Position numbers and translations under genes: made by a program
Assembly: GCA_030620995.1 (NCBI GenBank)
Contig: JAUXIK010000003.1
Coordinates: 21,822-85,821, forward strand
From: Candidatus Aegiribacteria sp.
GTDB lineage: Bacteria; Fermentibacterota; Fermentibacteria; Fermentibacterales; JCC-6
Direction of reading: 5' to 3'
DNA length: 64,000 nucleotides
Notes under the pieces: model-generated
Told to the model about the DNA's origin: nothing
The model's database searches: none
What the model saw: the letters and a program-made list of their open reading frames with translations, nothing else
In this document: positions 1 through 8,537 of the stretch, piece after piece
How the letters are laid out: each line of letters starts with the position of its first letter
Numbering within the stretch: the first letter of the stretch is position 1

Positions 1-504
1 TTTGATATCCTTTACCGGATGGATGGTATCCAGTCATGCGATGCTGTAAGAGGGGATTTCGATATAATTCTTCTTGTTCAGGCTTCTTCAACGGATGAAA
101 TCCAGGAGATATTCAGCAGAGTCAAAGAACTGGATGGCATTGAAGTACTGTCCATGTCTGAAATTGAGCGGCCAAAGCTCGACAGAGATGTAGACTCCTT
201 TATCGAAACATACCAGAAAGCCGTCAAGCGGGACGTTCAGGCAGAGGCCAGAAGACAGCCGGGAACGATGAGTTATATCATCGTTGATATAGATCCGGAT
301 GCGATTCAGCAGATATTTACAACCGTCTTCTTTATCGATGAAGTAGTCTTCTGCGATGTTATCGAGGATGGTGCTAAACTTGTCGGCATGATCACCGGTC
401 ATGGAGCCATGGGGAGAACTCCCAGAATTATTGAGAAACTGAGTCAGATCGATGGGGTTCTCAGAGTTCGTGAAGCTAAAGTAATCAATCTTATTGATGA
501 CTGA
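1..504 (+). CDS. 5'-truncated protein with tandem Lrp/AsnC ligand-binding (RAM)-like domains
   Basis: Frame is open from base 1 (FDILYRMDGIQSCDAVRGDFDIILLV); V.G.FD.I pattern of AsnC C-terminal domains, with a second similar unit (EVVFCDVIEDG). Confidence 0.55.
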   Translation, partial: FDILYRMDGIQSCDAVRGDFDIILLVQASSTDEIQEIFSRVKELDGIEVLSMSEIERPKLDRDVDSFIETYQKAVKRDVQAEARRQPGTMSYIIVDIDPDAIQQIFTTVFFIDEVVFCDVIEDGAKLVGMITGHGAMGRTPRIIEKLSQIDGVLRVREAKVINLIDD

Positions 505-613
505 TGGCCGCTCTGTCTTTCCAGGGCTGTCATCCGGATAATGAAATTAAACTGGTTTTTGATCTGAATCTGTTTTAGCGGACCGAAAACGGAATTCGGG
601 TTAATGAGAGGAA

Positions 614-1132
614 GTGGTGATCACGGCTACCATGAAGGAGAATTTCAGTTACAGGCTATGGAGATATGACGGAGCACCCGGGGAGCTGATCCCTCTTCTG
701 CAGTCTGCCCAGGAACACTTCGGCTACATTCCCATTCGTGCGATCAACTACATTTCCGGAGTGACCGGAATACCTGAGTCGGATATTTACGGAGTTATTA
801 CTTTTTACAGTCAGTTCAGACTTCGTCCAATGGGTAAGTACATTATTCGTGCATGTGCCGGAACTGCCTGTCATGTATCCGGGGCTAAAATGATCATAGA
901 GACTATCGAGGATGAACTCGGGATTGAGGTTGGCGATACATCCGAGGACGGAATGTACACTCTGAATACGGTAGCCTGCATCGGCTGCTGTTCTCTTGCG
1001 CCTGTTATAATGATTAATGACGAGACATTCGGTCGGCTTACACCTGCGTCGCTGCGGAAACTTCTTCGTGAACATATACGTAAGTCCGGCGAAAAAGCCG
1101 ATTCCGCTGCAGGGGTATCCTGCGGCGGGTAA
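614..1132 (+). CDS. NuoE/HydC-like [2Fe-2S] subunit
   Basis: LIPLLQ..QE.FGY, TFYSQF, CAGTAC...CIGCC motifs. Confidence 0.92.
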   Translation: MVITATMKENFSYRLWRYDGAPGELIPLLQSAQEHFGYIPIRAINYISGVTGIPESDIYGVITFYSQFRLRPMGKYIIRACAGTACHVSGAKMIIETIEDELGIEVGDTSEDGMYTLNTVACIGCCSLAPVIMINDETFGRLTPASLRKLLREHIRKSGEKADSAAGVSCGG

Positions 1133-1181
1133 ATGTTTCGATTTATGAAATCCATTTGTGAAAAACGTCTGGAGTGCTGAA

Positions 1182-2963
1182 ATGAAGACAATTGTAGTAG
1201 GTATGGGAACATGCGGTCTCTCTGCCGGGGCCAGGGTTGTGTTTGAAAAGCTGGAGGAGCTTACGGACGCGAATCCGGATATTTCCCATCTGACGATATC
1301 CGGATGCATCGGTATGTGCTATCGGGAACCTCTGGTTGAAATAAGGGATGATGGGAGCAGAGTTTTCTACGGAGGAGTCACTGCAGAATCCGCTGAAAAG
1401 ATCTTCGAGAGCCATGTGCTGAACAATGAGAGAATCGAAGACGACAACCTGGTTTACATTATTGAACGGGACGGATCGACTTCCGGTTCTGAAGCTGACT
1501 TTCTTGACCTTCAGGAGAGAATAGTCCTCCGCAATTGCGGCACAATCAATCCTGAGTCCATTTCAGATTACGTGGAATCAGGCGGTTACGAAAGCCTTAA
1601 AAAGATTCTTTTCAGGATGTCTCCGGAGGAAATAATTCAGGAGGTGAAGAATTCGGGACTTCGTGGGAGAGGAGGAGCCGGATTTCCCACAGGTCTGAAA
1701 TGGTCCTTTGCCGCCTCAAATGAAGCTGACAGAAAATATGTTGTATGTAATGCCGACGAGGGAGACCCCGGCGCGTTTATGGATCGTTCTGTTCTGGAGG
1801 GAGATCCTCACTCCGTTCTGGAAGGCATGATCATCTGCGCCAGAGCTATCGGTGCGAACTTCGGTTATATCTACTGCAGAGCAGAATATCCCCTGGCAAT
1901 TCACCGCCTTGAAATAGCCCTGTCTGAAGCCAGAGAGAACGGCTATCTAGGCAAAGACATACTGGGTTCCGGCTTTGATTTTGACGTTAAGATAAAGCAG
2001 GGAGCGGGAGCGTTTGTCTGCGGAGAAGAGACAGCGCTTTTTGCCTCGATTGAAGGCGAACGTGGAATGCCCCGTATCCGCCCGCCTTTTCCAGCGGAAA
2101 AAGGTCTCTGGCAGAAGCCCACCAATAACAATAACGTGGAGACCTACGCCAATATTCCATGGATAATTGCGAACGGTGCTGACGCATATGCTGCTTTCGG
2201 AACAGAGAAAAGTCCGGGCACAAAGGTTTTTGCACTTGCCGGTAAAGTTGTTCACGGAGGTCTTGCCGAGGTTTCAATGGGAACTACAATAGATGATCTC
2301 GTCTTCAGGATCGGTGGCGGCATCAAGGAAGGCAGGGAGTTCAAGGCAGTACAGATGGGCGGTCCATCCGGTGGCTGCATTCCAGCCAGTCTGAAGAATA
2401 CTCCAGTGGATTTTGAATCAATACCTGCCACCGGAGCCATCATGGGTTCAGGCGGAATGGTTGTAATGGACGATACGACCTGCATGGTCGAAATAGCCAG
2501 ATTCTTTCTGGACTTCACACAGAACGAGTCCTGCGGTAAATGTACTTTCTGCAGGATCGGTACACTCAGGATGCTTGAAATCCTTGAGAGATTGACCCGT
2601 GGTGAGGGTATTCCTGAAGACATAAAGAAACTTGAGCAGCTTTCAATTCAGATAAAGGAAGCAAGCCTTTGCGGTCTTGGGCAGACAGCTCCCAACCCTG
2701 TCCAGACAACGATACGTTATTACCTGGACGAATATCTGGCACATATCAACGATAAACATTGTCCGGCAGGAAGCTGCCTGGCTCTGGTCGAATTCAGTAT
2801 TGATGCTGATAAATGTGTCGGGTGTACGATCTGCGCGAAGAATTGTCCGGTTGACGCAATCTCCGGAAAAGTCAAAGAGCCACATGTTATTGATCAGGAA
2901 ATCTGCGTGAAATGCGGCAAGTGCATTACAAGCTGCAATTTCAACGCAGTAATTACAAGGTAG
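1182..2963 (+). CDS. NuoF/HydB-like FMN/NADH-binding subunit with N-terminal thioredoxin-like [2Fe-2S] and C-terminal 2x[4Fe-4S] domains
   Basis: GRGGAGFPTG, NADEGDPG, GAGAFVCGEETAL, ESCGKCTFCR, CVGCTIC/CVKCGKC; GGAG upstream of ATG 1182. Confidence 0.93.
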   Translation: MKTIVVGMGTCGLSAGARVVFEKLEELTDANPDISHLTISGCIGMCYREPLVEIRDDGSRVFYGGVTAESAEKIFESHVLNNERIEDDNLVYIIERDGSTSGSEADFLDLQERIVLRNCGTINPESISDYVESGGYESLKKILFRMSPEEIIQEVKNSGLRGRGGAGFPTGLKWSFAASNEADRKYVVCNADEGDPGAFMDRSVLEGDPHSVLEGMIICARAIGANFGYIYCRAEYPLAIHRLEIALSEARENGYLGKDILGSGFDFDVKIKQGAGAFVCGEETALFASIEGERGMPRIRPPFPAEKGLWQKPTNNNNVETYANIPWIIANGADAYAAFGTEKSPGTKVFALAGKVVHGGLAEVSMGTTIDDLVFRIGGGIKEGREFKAVQMGGPSGGCIPASLKNTPVDFESIPATGAIMGSGGMVVMDDTTCMVEIARFFLDFTQNESCGKCTFCRIGTLRMLEILERLTRGEGIPEDIKKLEQLSIQIKEASLCGLGQTAPNPVQTTIRYYLDEYLAHINDKHCPAGSCLALVEFSIDADKCVGCTICAKNCPVDAISGKVKEPHVIDQEICVKCGKCITSCNFNAVITR

Positions 2964-2972
2964 GAGCGGCCA

Positions 2973-5900
2973 ATGGAAAAAATCAGACTGAAGATCAACG
3001 GTCAGGAAATAGAGGCCACTCCAGGGAAAACAATTCTCGAAGTGGTTCAGGAGCAGGAACTCGATGACATACCCACTCTCTGTCACTCACCTGAACTCGA
3101 ACCCTACGGCTCCTGTTTCGTATGCGTGGTCGAGGTAGAGGGAAGAGCGAATCTTGTTCCTTCATGCGCGACTCGAATAGCTCCGGATATGGAAATTCTT
3201 ACGAGAAGCGACAGAGTTATGGCATCCAGAAAAACGGCGCTCGAATTACTGCTGTCCAACCACTACGCTGATTGTGTATCCCCCTGTATGGAGGGATGCC
3301 CCGCCGGCGTTGACGCCCAGGGATATATTGCGCTTTCGGCGATGGGACAGTACAGGAAAGCTGTCGACCTCATTCGCGAAAAGAATCCCTTTCCGGCGGC
3401 CTGTGGAAGAGTATGCGTCCGCAAGTGCGAGGATGTCTGCAGGAGAATGGATGTAGATGCCTCCGTTGCGATAAACAACATCAAGAGATTTGTCACTGAT
3501 TCCCCTGACGCTTACGCCACTGAACCGGTATGCGCTCCCTCAACCGGCAAAACAGCAGGCATCATCGGCGCGGGCCCGGCGGGTCTTACCGCTGCGTGGT
3601 TCCTTGGAAAAAACGGGATCAAATGCGAAGTCTACGAAGCCATGGATCGTACGGGAGGAATGCTGCGATACGGTATTCCCGAATACAGACTTCCGGACGC
3701 TGTTCTCGACAGGGAAGTGGAATACATCTGCAGAACAGGTACCGAGATTCACTGCGGTGTCCGGGTGGGAAAGGATATCACGCTGGATGAGATCAGGGAA
3801 AAGCATGACGCTGTCTTCATCGGAGCAGGCGCATGGACAGGCAAGCCAATGCGGGTTGAGGGTGAGTTTGATACCGAAGGCGTCGTAACCGGTGCGGACT
3901 TCCTGGTCGAGAAGGCAGATGATCCTGAGCCGCTGAAGGGTACTGTGGTCGTGGTCGGTGGTGGAAATACCGCCATGGATGCGGCGAGAACCGCATGGAG
4001 ACTGAATGCGGACAAGGTCATTGTTCTTTACAGACGGACTAAAGCGGAGATGCCGGCTGACGCAATGGAAATTCAGGATTGTCTTGAAGAGGGCATCGAG
4101 ATTATGGAACTGGCCGCACCTATCGGTATCGTCAGAAAGGATGACAGACTCAGCGCTCTTCGCTGCCAGCGCATGAAGCTTGGTGAGCCTGATGATTCCG
4201 GAAGACGAAGACCTGTTCCACTGGAAGGTTCGGAATTTGATCTTCCATGTGATCTTGCTATTTCAGCCATCGGGCAGAATACAGTTCTTGATGGACTTGT
4301 GGAAACCAGAGATGGCGACGTGGACCTGACAAGATGGAATACTTACATCGCGAATCTCAACACAATGGCCACGAATATTGAAGGAGTATTTGCGGGCGGT
4401 GATGCCGCAGATGATGGTCCTACCGTTGTTGTCGATGCTATCAGAGACGGTCAGAGAGCCGCCAGGGCAATAACAGCCTGGCTTGACGGCACCCAGCCGA
4501 AACCTTACCCGTTCGTGGTTGCAAAGGAATTCTGGTCAAAGCCGGGGAAAGCTGAACTCGGCGATGTAAAGGAATCACCCAGACATGAAGTTCACCAGAT
4601 AGATGTTGAAGACCGCAGAAACAGTTTTACAGAGGTATCGAATGGTTTTGAACCAGAAGATAACGAGCATGAATGCGATAGGTGCCTTTCCTGCGGCTGC
4701 GTCAGGTTCGACGATTGTGATCTCCGGCTGTACGCAGAAGAATACAGCGTGGATATGGAATACTTCAAAGGCCATGTGCGAAAACATAAGGTTGATGACA
4801 GACACCCTTACATATCCTACGATCCTAACAAATGTATACTCTGCGCAAGATGTATCCGAACCTGCGCGAAGGTTCTTCCGATTCCCGCCATCGGACTTGT
4901 GGGAAGAGGATTTAAAACCGAAATGCGCCCGGCTATGAACAATCCCCTTGTTGAAACAAGCTGCGTGAGCTGCGGAAACTGCGTAGATGCCTGTCCGACC
5001 GGAGCGCTTACGGTGAAATATCCATTTCCTGGAAGAGCATGTCTGAAGACGACCGATATATCCACACATTGCGGTTTCTGCTCTATCGGGTGCGAGATAT
5101 CTGTAAGGAAGTTCGGCGATGAAAGGTATTTCGTTACTTCCAACGGCATACCCGGGGATTATCTCTGCAGGTATGGAAGATTCGGCCATGAGCTTTTCAT
5201 TAAGCAGGACAGACTGGTGCAGCCGGTTATAAGAAGAGGCAGCTCCTATCGTGCTGTTGGTTTTGATGCTGCCTATGGCAGAATAGTCGAATCCCTGAAG
5301 GCTGCTGCTGAAAAGTACGGACCTGCAAGTGTTGCCGTATTTGTATCACCTGAACTGACAAACGAGGAACTGTACATTGCCGGCAGAATTGCCAGATCCG
5401 GGATTGGTACGAATAACATCGGTTCTCTTACTATTATTTCGGGCGGCTCCCGTTCAGGTGCTCTCGATAAGACTCTGGGTTTTACAGCATCCACAGCTGA
5501 CAGAAAATGCCTCGGGGAAGCCGATCTGATTATCTGCAACAATACATCAATGGAAGCAGATCATCTTGTACTGGCCGTCGAAGTGATACAGTCTGTAAAA
5601 GGTGGAGCCAGACTCATCGTATCAAACTCAATGCTTGATTCGACTGATCAGCATCTTGCCAGTCTTGCGGTGGACCCCATGAGAGGAAGGGCATCCATTT
5701 TCTGGAATGCAGTGATGCAGGTTCTGCTCGATAGTGGAGATATTAAAGGCACATCCTCCTTCCTTTTGAATAGAGATGTATCCGTAGAATTAGCTGCTGC
5801 CAGATCAGGTGTCGAGGAAGATAACATTCTCGAAGCTGCAGAGCTGTTGAGGAACTCAGGAAAAGTTGTCTTTATTCATAGCCCTGACCGCCCTCAGGAT

Positions 5901-6632
5901 GCCTCTCCGGATGATATAGAGATATTCGCTGATCTGGCAATCATGCTCACAGCTGCAGGAAAGAAGACGGACATACTTCTTCCGAGACTGATCGCGAACA
6001 GCGCCGGTCTTGAAGTTATGGGAGCTGATCCTGCATTTCTGCCGGGAAGAATTTCTACAGGGGGAGAACAGCCCGGCGCCTCTACGATTCAGGATCTGAG
6101 AAAGATCCTGGAGAGCGGTGACATCAGAGCTGCGCTCGTTATCGGTGAAAATCCGCTTGAGTACAACAGAACGGGTTCCTGGTTCCAGAATGTGGAATTT
6201 CTTGCAGCGGTCGACTGGGCAGATACCGAAACGACAAGGTTTGCCGATGTAACGCTTCCCGGAAGTACTTACCTTGAAACTCCGGGAACAAGGTGTAATT
6301 TCGAGGGTAATCTTACAGCCTTCACCAGGGCTGTTTCTCCGCCTTCCGGCATGACGGCAACTGAAGTGCTTACCTGCCTTGCAAAGTCATTCGGAATTGA
6401 TATCGCGGATGATCTGTCCGATGAAATAGACAGGGAAGTAAGGAAGAACCTTGGAGATCTTGCCCGTTTCTACTGGAATACCGGCGAGAAGAGGAACTGG
6501 GATGGTAAAGGAGAACTGGTAGCGGTTGAAGCAGATGTAAAAGCTACGTCTATCCTGCCTCCGATGACCCACAGTCAGGAATACAGGAAAGAGATCAGGG
6601 AAGTGGGAACGGAGCGCTTCCGTGTTCTTTAA
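2973..6632 (+). CDS. Multi-domain FAD/Fe-S oxidoreductase: [2Fe-2S] + GltD/Nfn-like NAD(P)H module + [4Fe-4S] + NuoG/molybdopterin-oxidoreductase-like C-terminal region
   Basis: IPTLC..CFVCVVE..SC; GAGPAG and GGGNTAMD Rossmann motifs; CILCARCIRTC, CVSCGNCVDACP; CGFCSIGC...LC..GRFG. Confidence 0.88.
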   Translation: MEKIRLKINGQEIEATPGKTILEVVQEQELDDIPTLCHSPELEPYGSCFVCVVEVEGRANLVPSCATRIAPDMEILTRSDRVMASRKTALELLLSNHYADCVSPCMEGCPAGVDAQGYIALSAMGQYRKAVDLIREKNPFPAACGRVCVRKCEDVCRRMDVDASVAINNIKRFVTDSPDAYATEPVCAPSTGKTAGIIGAGPAGLTAAWFLGKNGIKCEVYEAMDRTGGMLRYGIPEYRLPDAVLDREVEYICRTGTEIHCGVRVGKDITLDEIREKHDAVFIGAGAWTGKPMRVEGEFDTEGVVTGADFLVEKADDPEPLKGTVVVVGGGNTAMDAARTAWRLNADKVIVLYRRTKAEMPADAMEIQDCLEEGIEIMELAAPIGIVRKDDRLSALRCQRMKLGEPDDSGRRRPVPLEGSEFDLPCDLAISAIGQNTVLDGLVETRDGDVDLTRWNTYIANLNTMATNIEGVFAGGDAADDGPTVVVDAIRDGQRAARAITAWLDGTQPKPYPFVVAKEFWSKPGKAELGDVKESPRHEVHQIDVEDRRNSFTEVSNGFEPEDNEHECDRCLSCGCVRFDDCDLRLYAEEYSVDMEYFKGHVRKHKVDDRHPYISYDPNKCILCARCIRTCAKVLPIPAIGLVGRGFKTEMRPAMNNPLVETSCVSCGNCVDACPTGALTVKYPFPGRACLKTTDISTHCGFCSIGCEISVRKFGDERYFVTSNGIPGDYLCRYGRFGHELFIKQDRLVQPVIRRGSSYRAVGFDAAYGRIVESLKAAAEKYGPASVAVFVSPELTNEELYIAGRIARSGIGTNNIGSLTIISGGSRSGALDKTLGFTASTADRKCLGEADLIICNNTSMEADHLVLAVEVIQSVKGGARLIVSNSMLDSTDQHLASLAVDPMRGRASIFWNAVMQVLLDSGDIKGTSSFLLNRDVSVELAAARSGVEEDNILEAAELLRNSGKVVFIHSPDRPQDASPDDIEIFADLAIMLTAAGKKTDILLPRLIANSAGLEVMGADPAFLPGRISTGGEQPGASTIQDLRKILESGDIRAALVIGENPLEYNRTGSWFQNVEFLAAVDWADTETTRFADVTLPGSTYLETPGTRCNFEGNLTAFTRAVSPPSGMTATEVLTCLAKSFGIDIADDLSDEIDREVRKNLGDLARFYWNTGEKRNWDGKGELVAVEADVKATSILPPMTHSQEYRKEIREVGTERFRVL

Positions 6633-7192
6633 AGAATTGTCCTTACGCGGTTCCTCTCATCGAAAAGGATACCTTCCATTGAAAGCAGCCTTCTTTTCAT
6701 ATAGGTACCGTCCTGATAACCGCCCGGGGTTCCGTCAGACCGAATAGTCCTGTGACAGGGTATGATTATCGGGAAGGGGTTTCTGGAAAGAGCATTTCCC
6801 ACCGCGCGGCTGCTGTCCGGACAGCCAAGGTGTTCCGCAATTCGCTGATACGTACTGACATGTCCGCGGGGGATTGAGTGTTCTGTAACGAGAACTTTCT
6901 TCTGGAATTCTGAACAGAGATCCATTCGGACAGATGAAAGTGAGAAGCTGATATCCTCTCCGTTCAGGAATGTTTCTATATCTCCTGCAATCGAATCAAT
7001 CATGCAGCATGTACCGGGACTGCAATCATGGAAGAACTCTGACACGTATTCTTCGGCAGTTACATCCTGCCCTGAGAGAAGTACTCTGAATATTTCAGGC
7101 TTGCCACGGAACATTGACCACAGCAAAGCGGCTGACCCGAAAATGGGTGAGTGAGTGTACAGATAGAATCTTCCAGGATCATCATTTTTCAT
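6629..7192 (-). CDS. ogt: Methylated-DNA-protein-cysteine methyltransferase
   Basis: RAVGNAL..NP.PIIIPCHR active-site motif; start moved to ATG 7192 to avoid overlap with the upstream gene. Confidence 0.9.
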   Translation of the reverse strand: MKNDDPGRFYLYTHSPIFGSAALLWSMFRGKPEIFRVLLSGQDVTAEEYVSEFFHDCSPGTCCMIDSIAGDIETFLNGEDISFSLSSVRMDLCSEFQKKVLVTEHSIPRGHVSTYQRIAEHLGCPDSSRAVGNALSRNPFPIIIPCHRTIRSDGTPGGYQDGTYMKRRLLSMEGILFDERNRVRTIL

Positions 7193-7212
7193 TATCTGAT
7201 TGATTTGAATGG

Positions 7213-7851
7213 TTAATCTGAATCCGTTTTCTTTTCCGTGCTCTTCCCGGTCATTTTTCGGTGAATATCCGGATAGTGTATCTCCATACATTCAGGACAT
7301 ATAGAATGGGTAACCTGAGCATTCGTATGTGTGGCAATGTAATCGTCAACCTGTTGCCAGTAGTTCTTGTCATCCCTGACTTTCTTGCAGAATGAACAGA
7401 TCGGCAGGATACCCTGAAGGGTTTTTATATGATCGAGCGAGTTCTGTAGGTCTTTCGCATGACTCAACAATCTGTTCTGCATTTCAATGATCCGGCGGCC
7501 TGCGTTGATGCGGGCACGGAGTTCTTCGGGATAGAAGGGTTTTGTTATGTAATCATCTGTCCCTGTATCAAGACCTTCAACGATATCACTCTTGTTGTCC
7601 TTAACAGTGAGCATGATGATGTAAAACGGATTATCACCATCAATTGAACGAATTCTTTTGCATAGATCAAGGCCGTTCAGTCCGGGCATCAGCCAGTCAA
7701 GCAATATCAGCCTTGGTGCGTCCGGCTGCCTGATCACTGTCCAAGCCTCTTCACCACTTGATACCGCACTTACGTTATGACCACACTTTTGTAATATGCT
7801 CGACAGTGTGTTACGGGTGGAGAGATCATCCTCCACGACTAGAATTCTCAT
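7213..7851 (-). CDS. Response regulator (REC + C-terminal CxxC...CxxC domain)
   Basis: VVEDD, LLDWLMP, KPF; C-terminal LPICSFCKKVRDD...HSICPEC. Confidence 0.88.
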   Translation of the reverse strand: MRILVVEDDLSTRNTLSSILQKCGHNVSAVSSGEEAWTVIRQPDAPRLILLDWLMPGLNGLDLCKRIRSIDGDNPFYIIMLTVKDNKSDIVEGLDTGTDDYITKPFYPEELRARINAGRRIIEMQNRLLSHAKDLQNSLDHIKTLQGILPICSFCKKVRDDKNYWQQVDDYIATHTNAQVTHSICPECMEIHYPDIHRKMTGKSTEKKTDSD

Positions 7852-8204
7852 AGTATTGCCTGCCTGATTTCCTTTTCAACTTCCATGAACCTTTCCTCCA
7901 GTTCGGTTAACAAAGAAACCGCAGTAGTAAGATCGTTTACTCTGCAGGCTTTTTCAATTCTGGATGCGACCTTCTGGAACTTTATAGCAGCCATGTTGGA
8001 AGCAGAGCCATTTATGCTGTGAGCCTGAAGCTCAGCGCCATTTGTGTTTTTCTTATAGAGGCTTTCCTTCAGCATGTTGATACGATCAGGGATATTACTC
8101 AAAAAGATTTCCGCTATTGATCGTGCCAGGGCCTGATCGCCCATCATGCGTTCCATGAGGTCATCAGGATCGAAGATGGATCTGTCACACACTGATAAGG
8201 ACAC
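7848..8204 (-). CDS. Stand-alone Hpt phosphotransfer protein
   Basis: AHSINGSASNMAA resembles the AH.LKG.S Hpt motif; 4-bp overlap with the response regulator. Confidence 0.82.
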   Translation of the reverse strand: MSLSVCDRSIFDPDDLMERMMGDQALARSIAEIFLSNIPDRINMLKESLYKKNTNGAELQAHSINGSASNMAAIKFQKVASRIEKACRVNDLTTAVSLLTELEERFMEVEKEIRQAIL

Positions 8205-8537
8205 TGATTTACTCCAAATTATAATTGTTATTTAATTCTAATGAATTCGACAGAATAATCATAGTGAGCAGTTAATAATTCTGGAAAATGAATTGTATTT
8301 CACAGTTTGAAGGTAATGAAGTCAACAAACCTTTGTTAATAAGGATTTACTCTGGAGTTACTTTTCCCGGGAGATCGGTGACATCAGGATGTGCGTAATA
8401 GAACCTGTGCTTGACGGATCATGCAAAATCCTGCATCTAATAAGCTACTTATTTTTTTCAGGCATACTGAACCACAGCCGAAAAAAGCGTTTTGACAGAC
8501 TTATCACAGAAAAGAGAAGAAATAAGAGGTAGCGTTC

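Noticed and set aside
614-6632. [FeFe]-hydrogenase, complex I or formate dehydrogenase call
   Set aside because: No H-cluster motifs, no membrane nuo genes, and no visible Mo-ligand Cys/Sec or in-frame TGA
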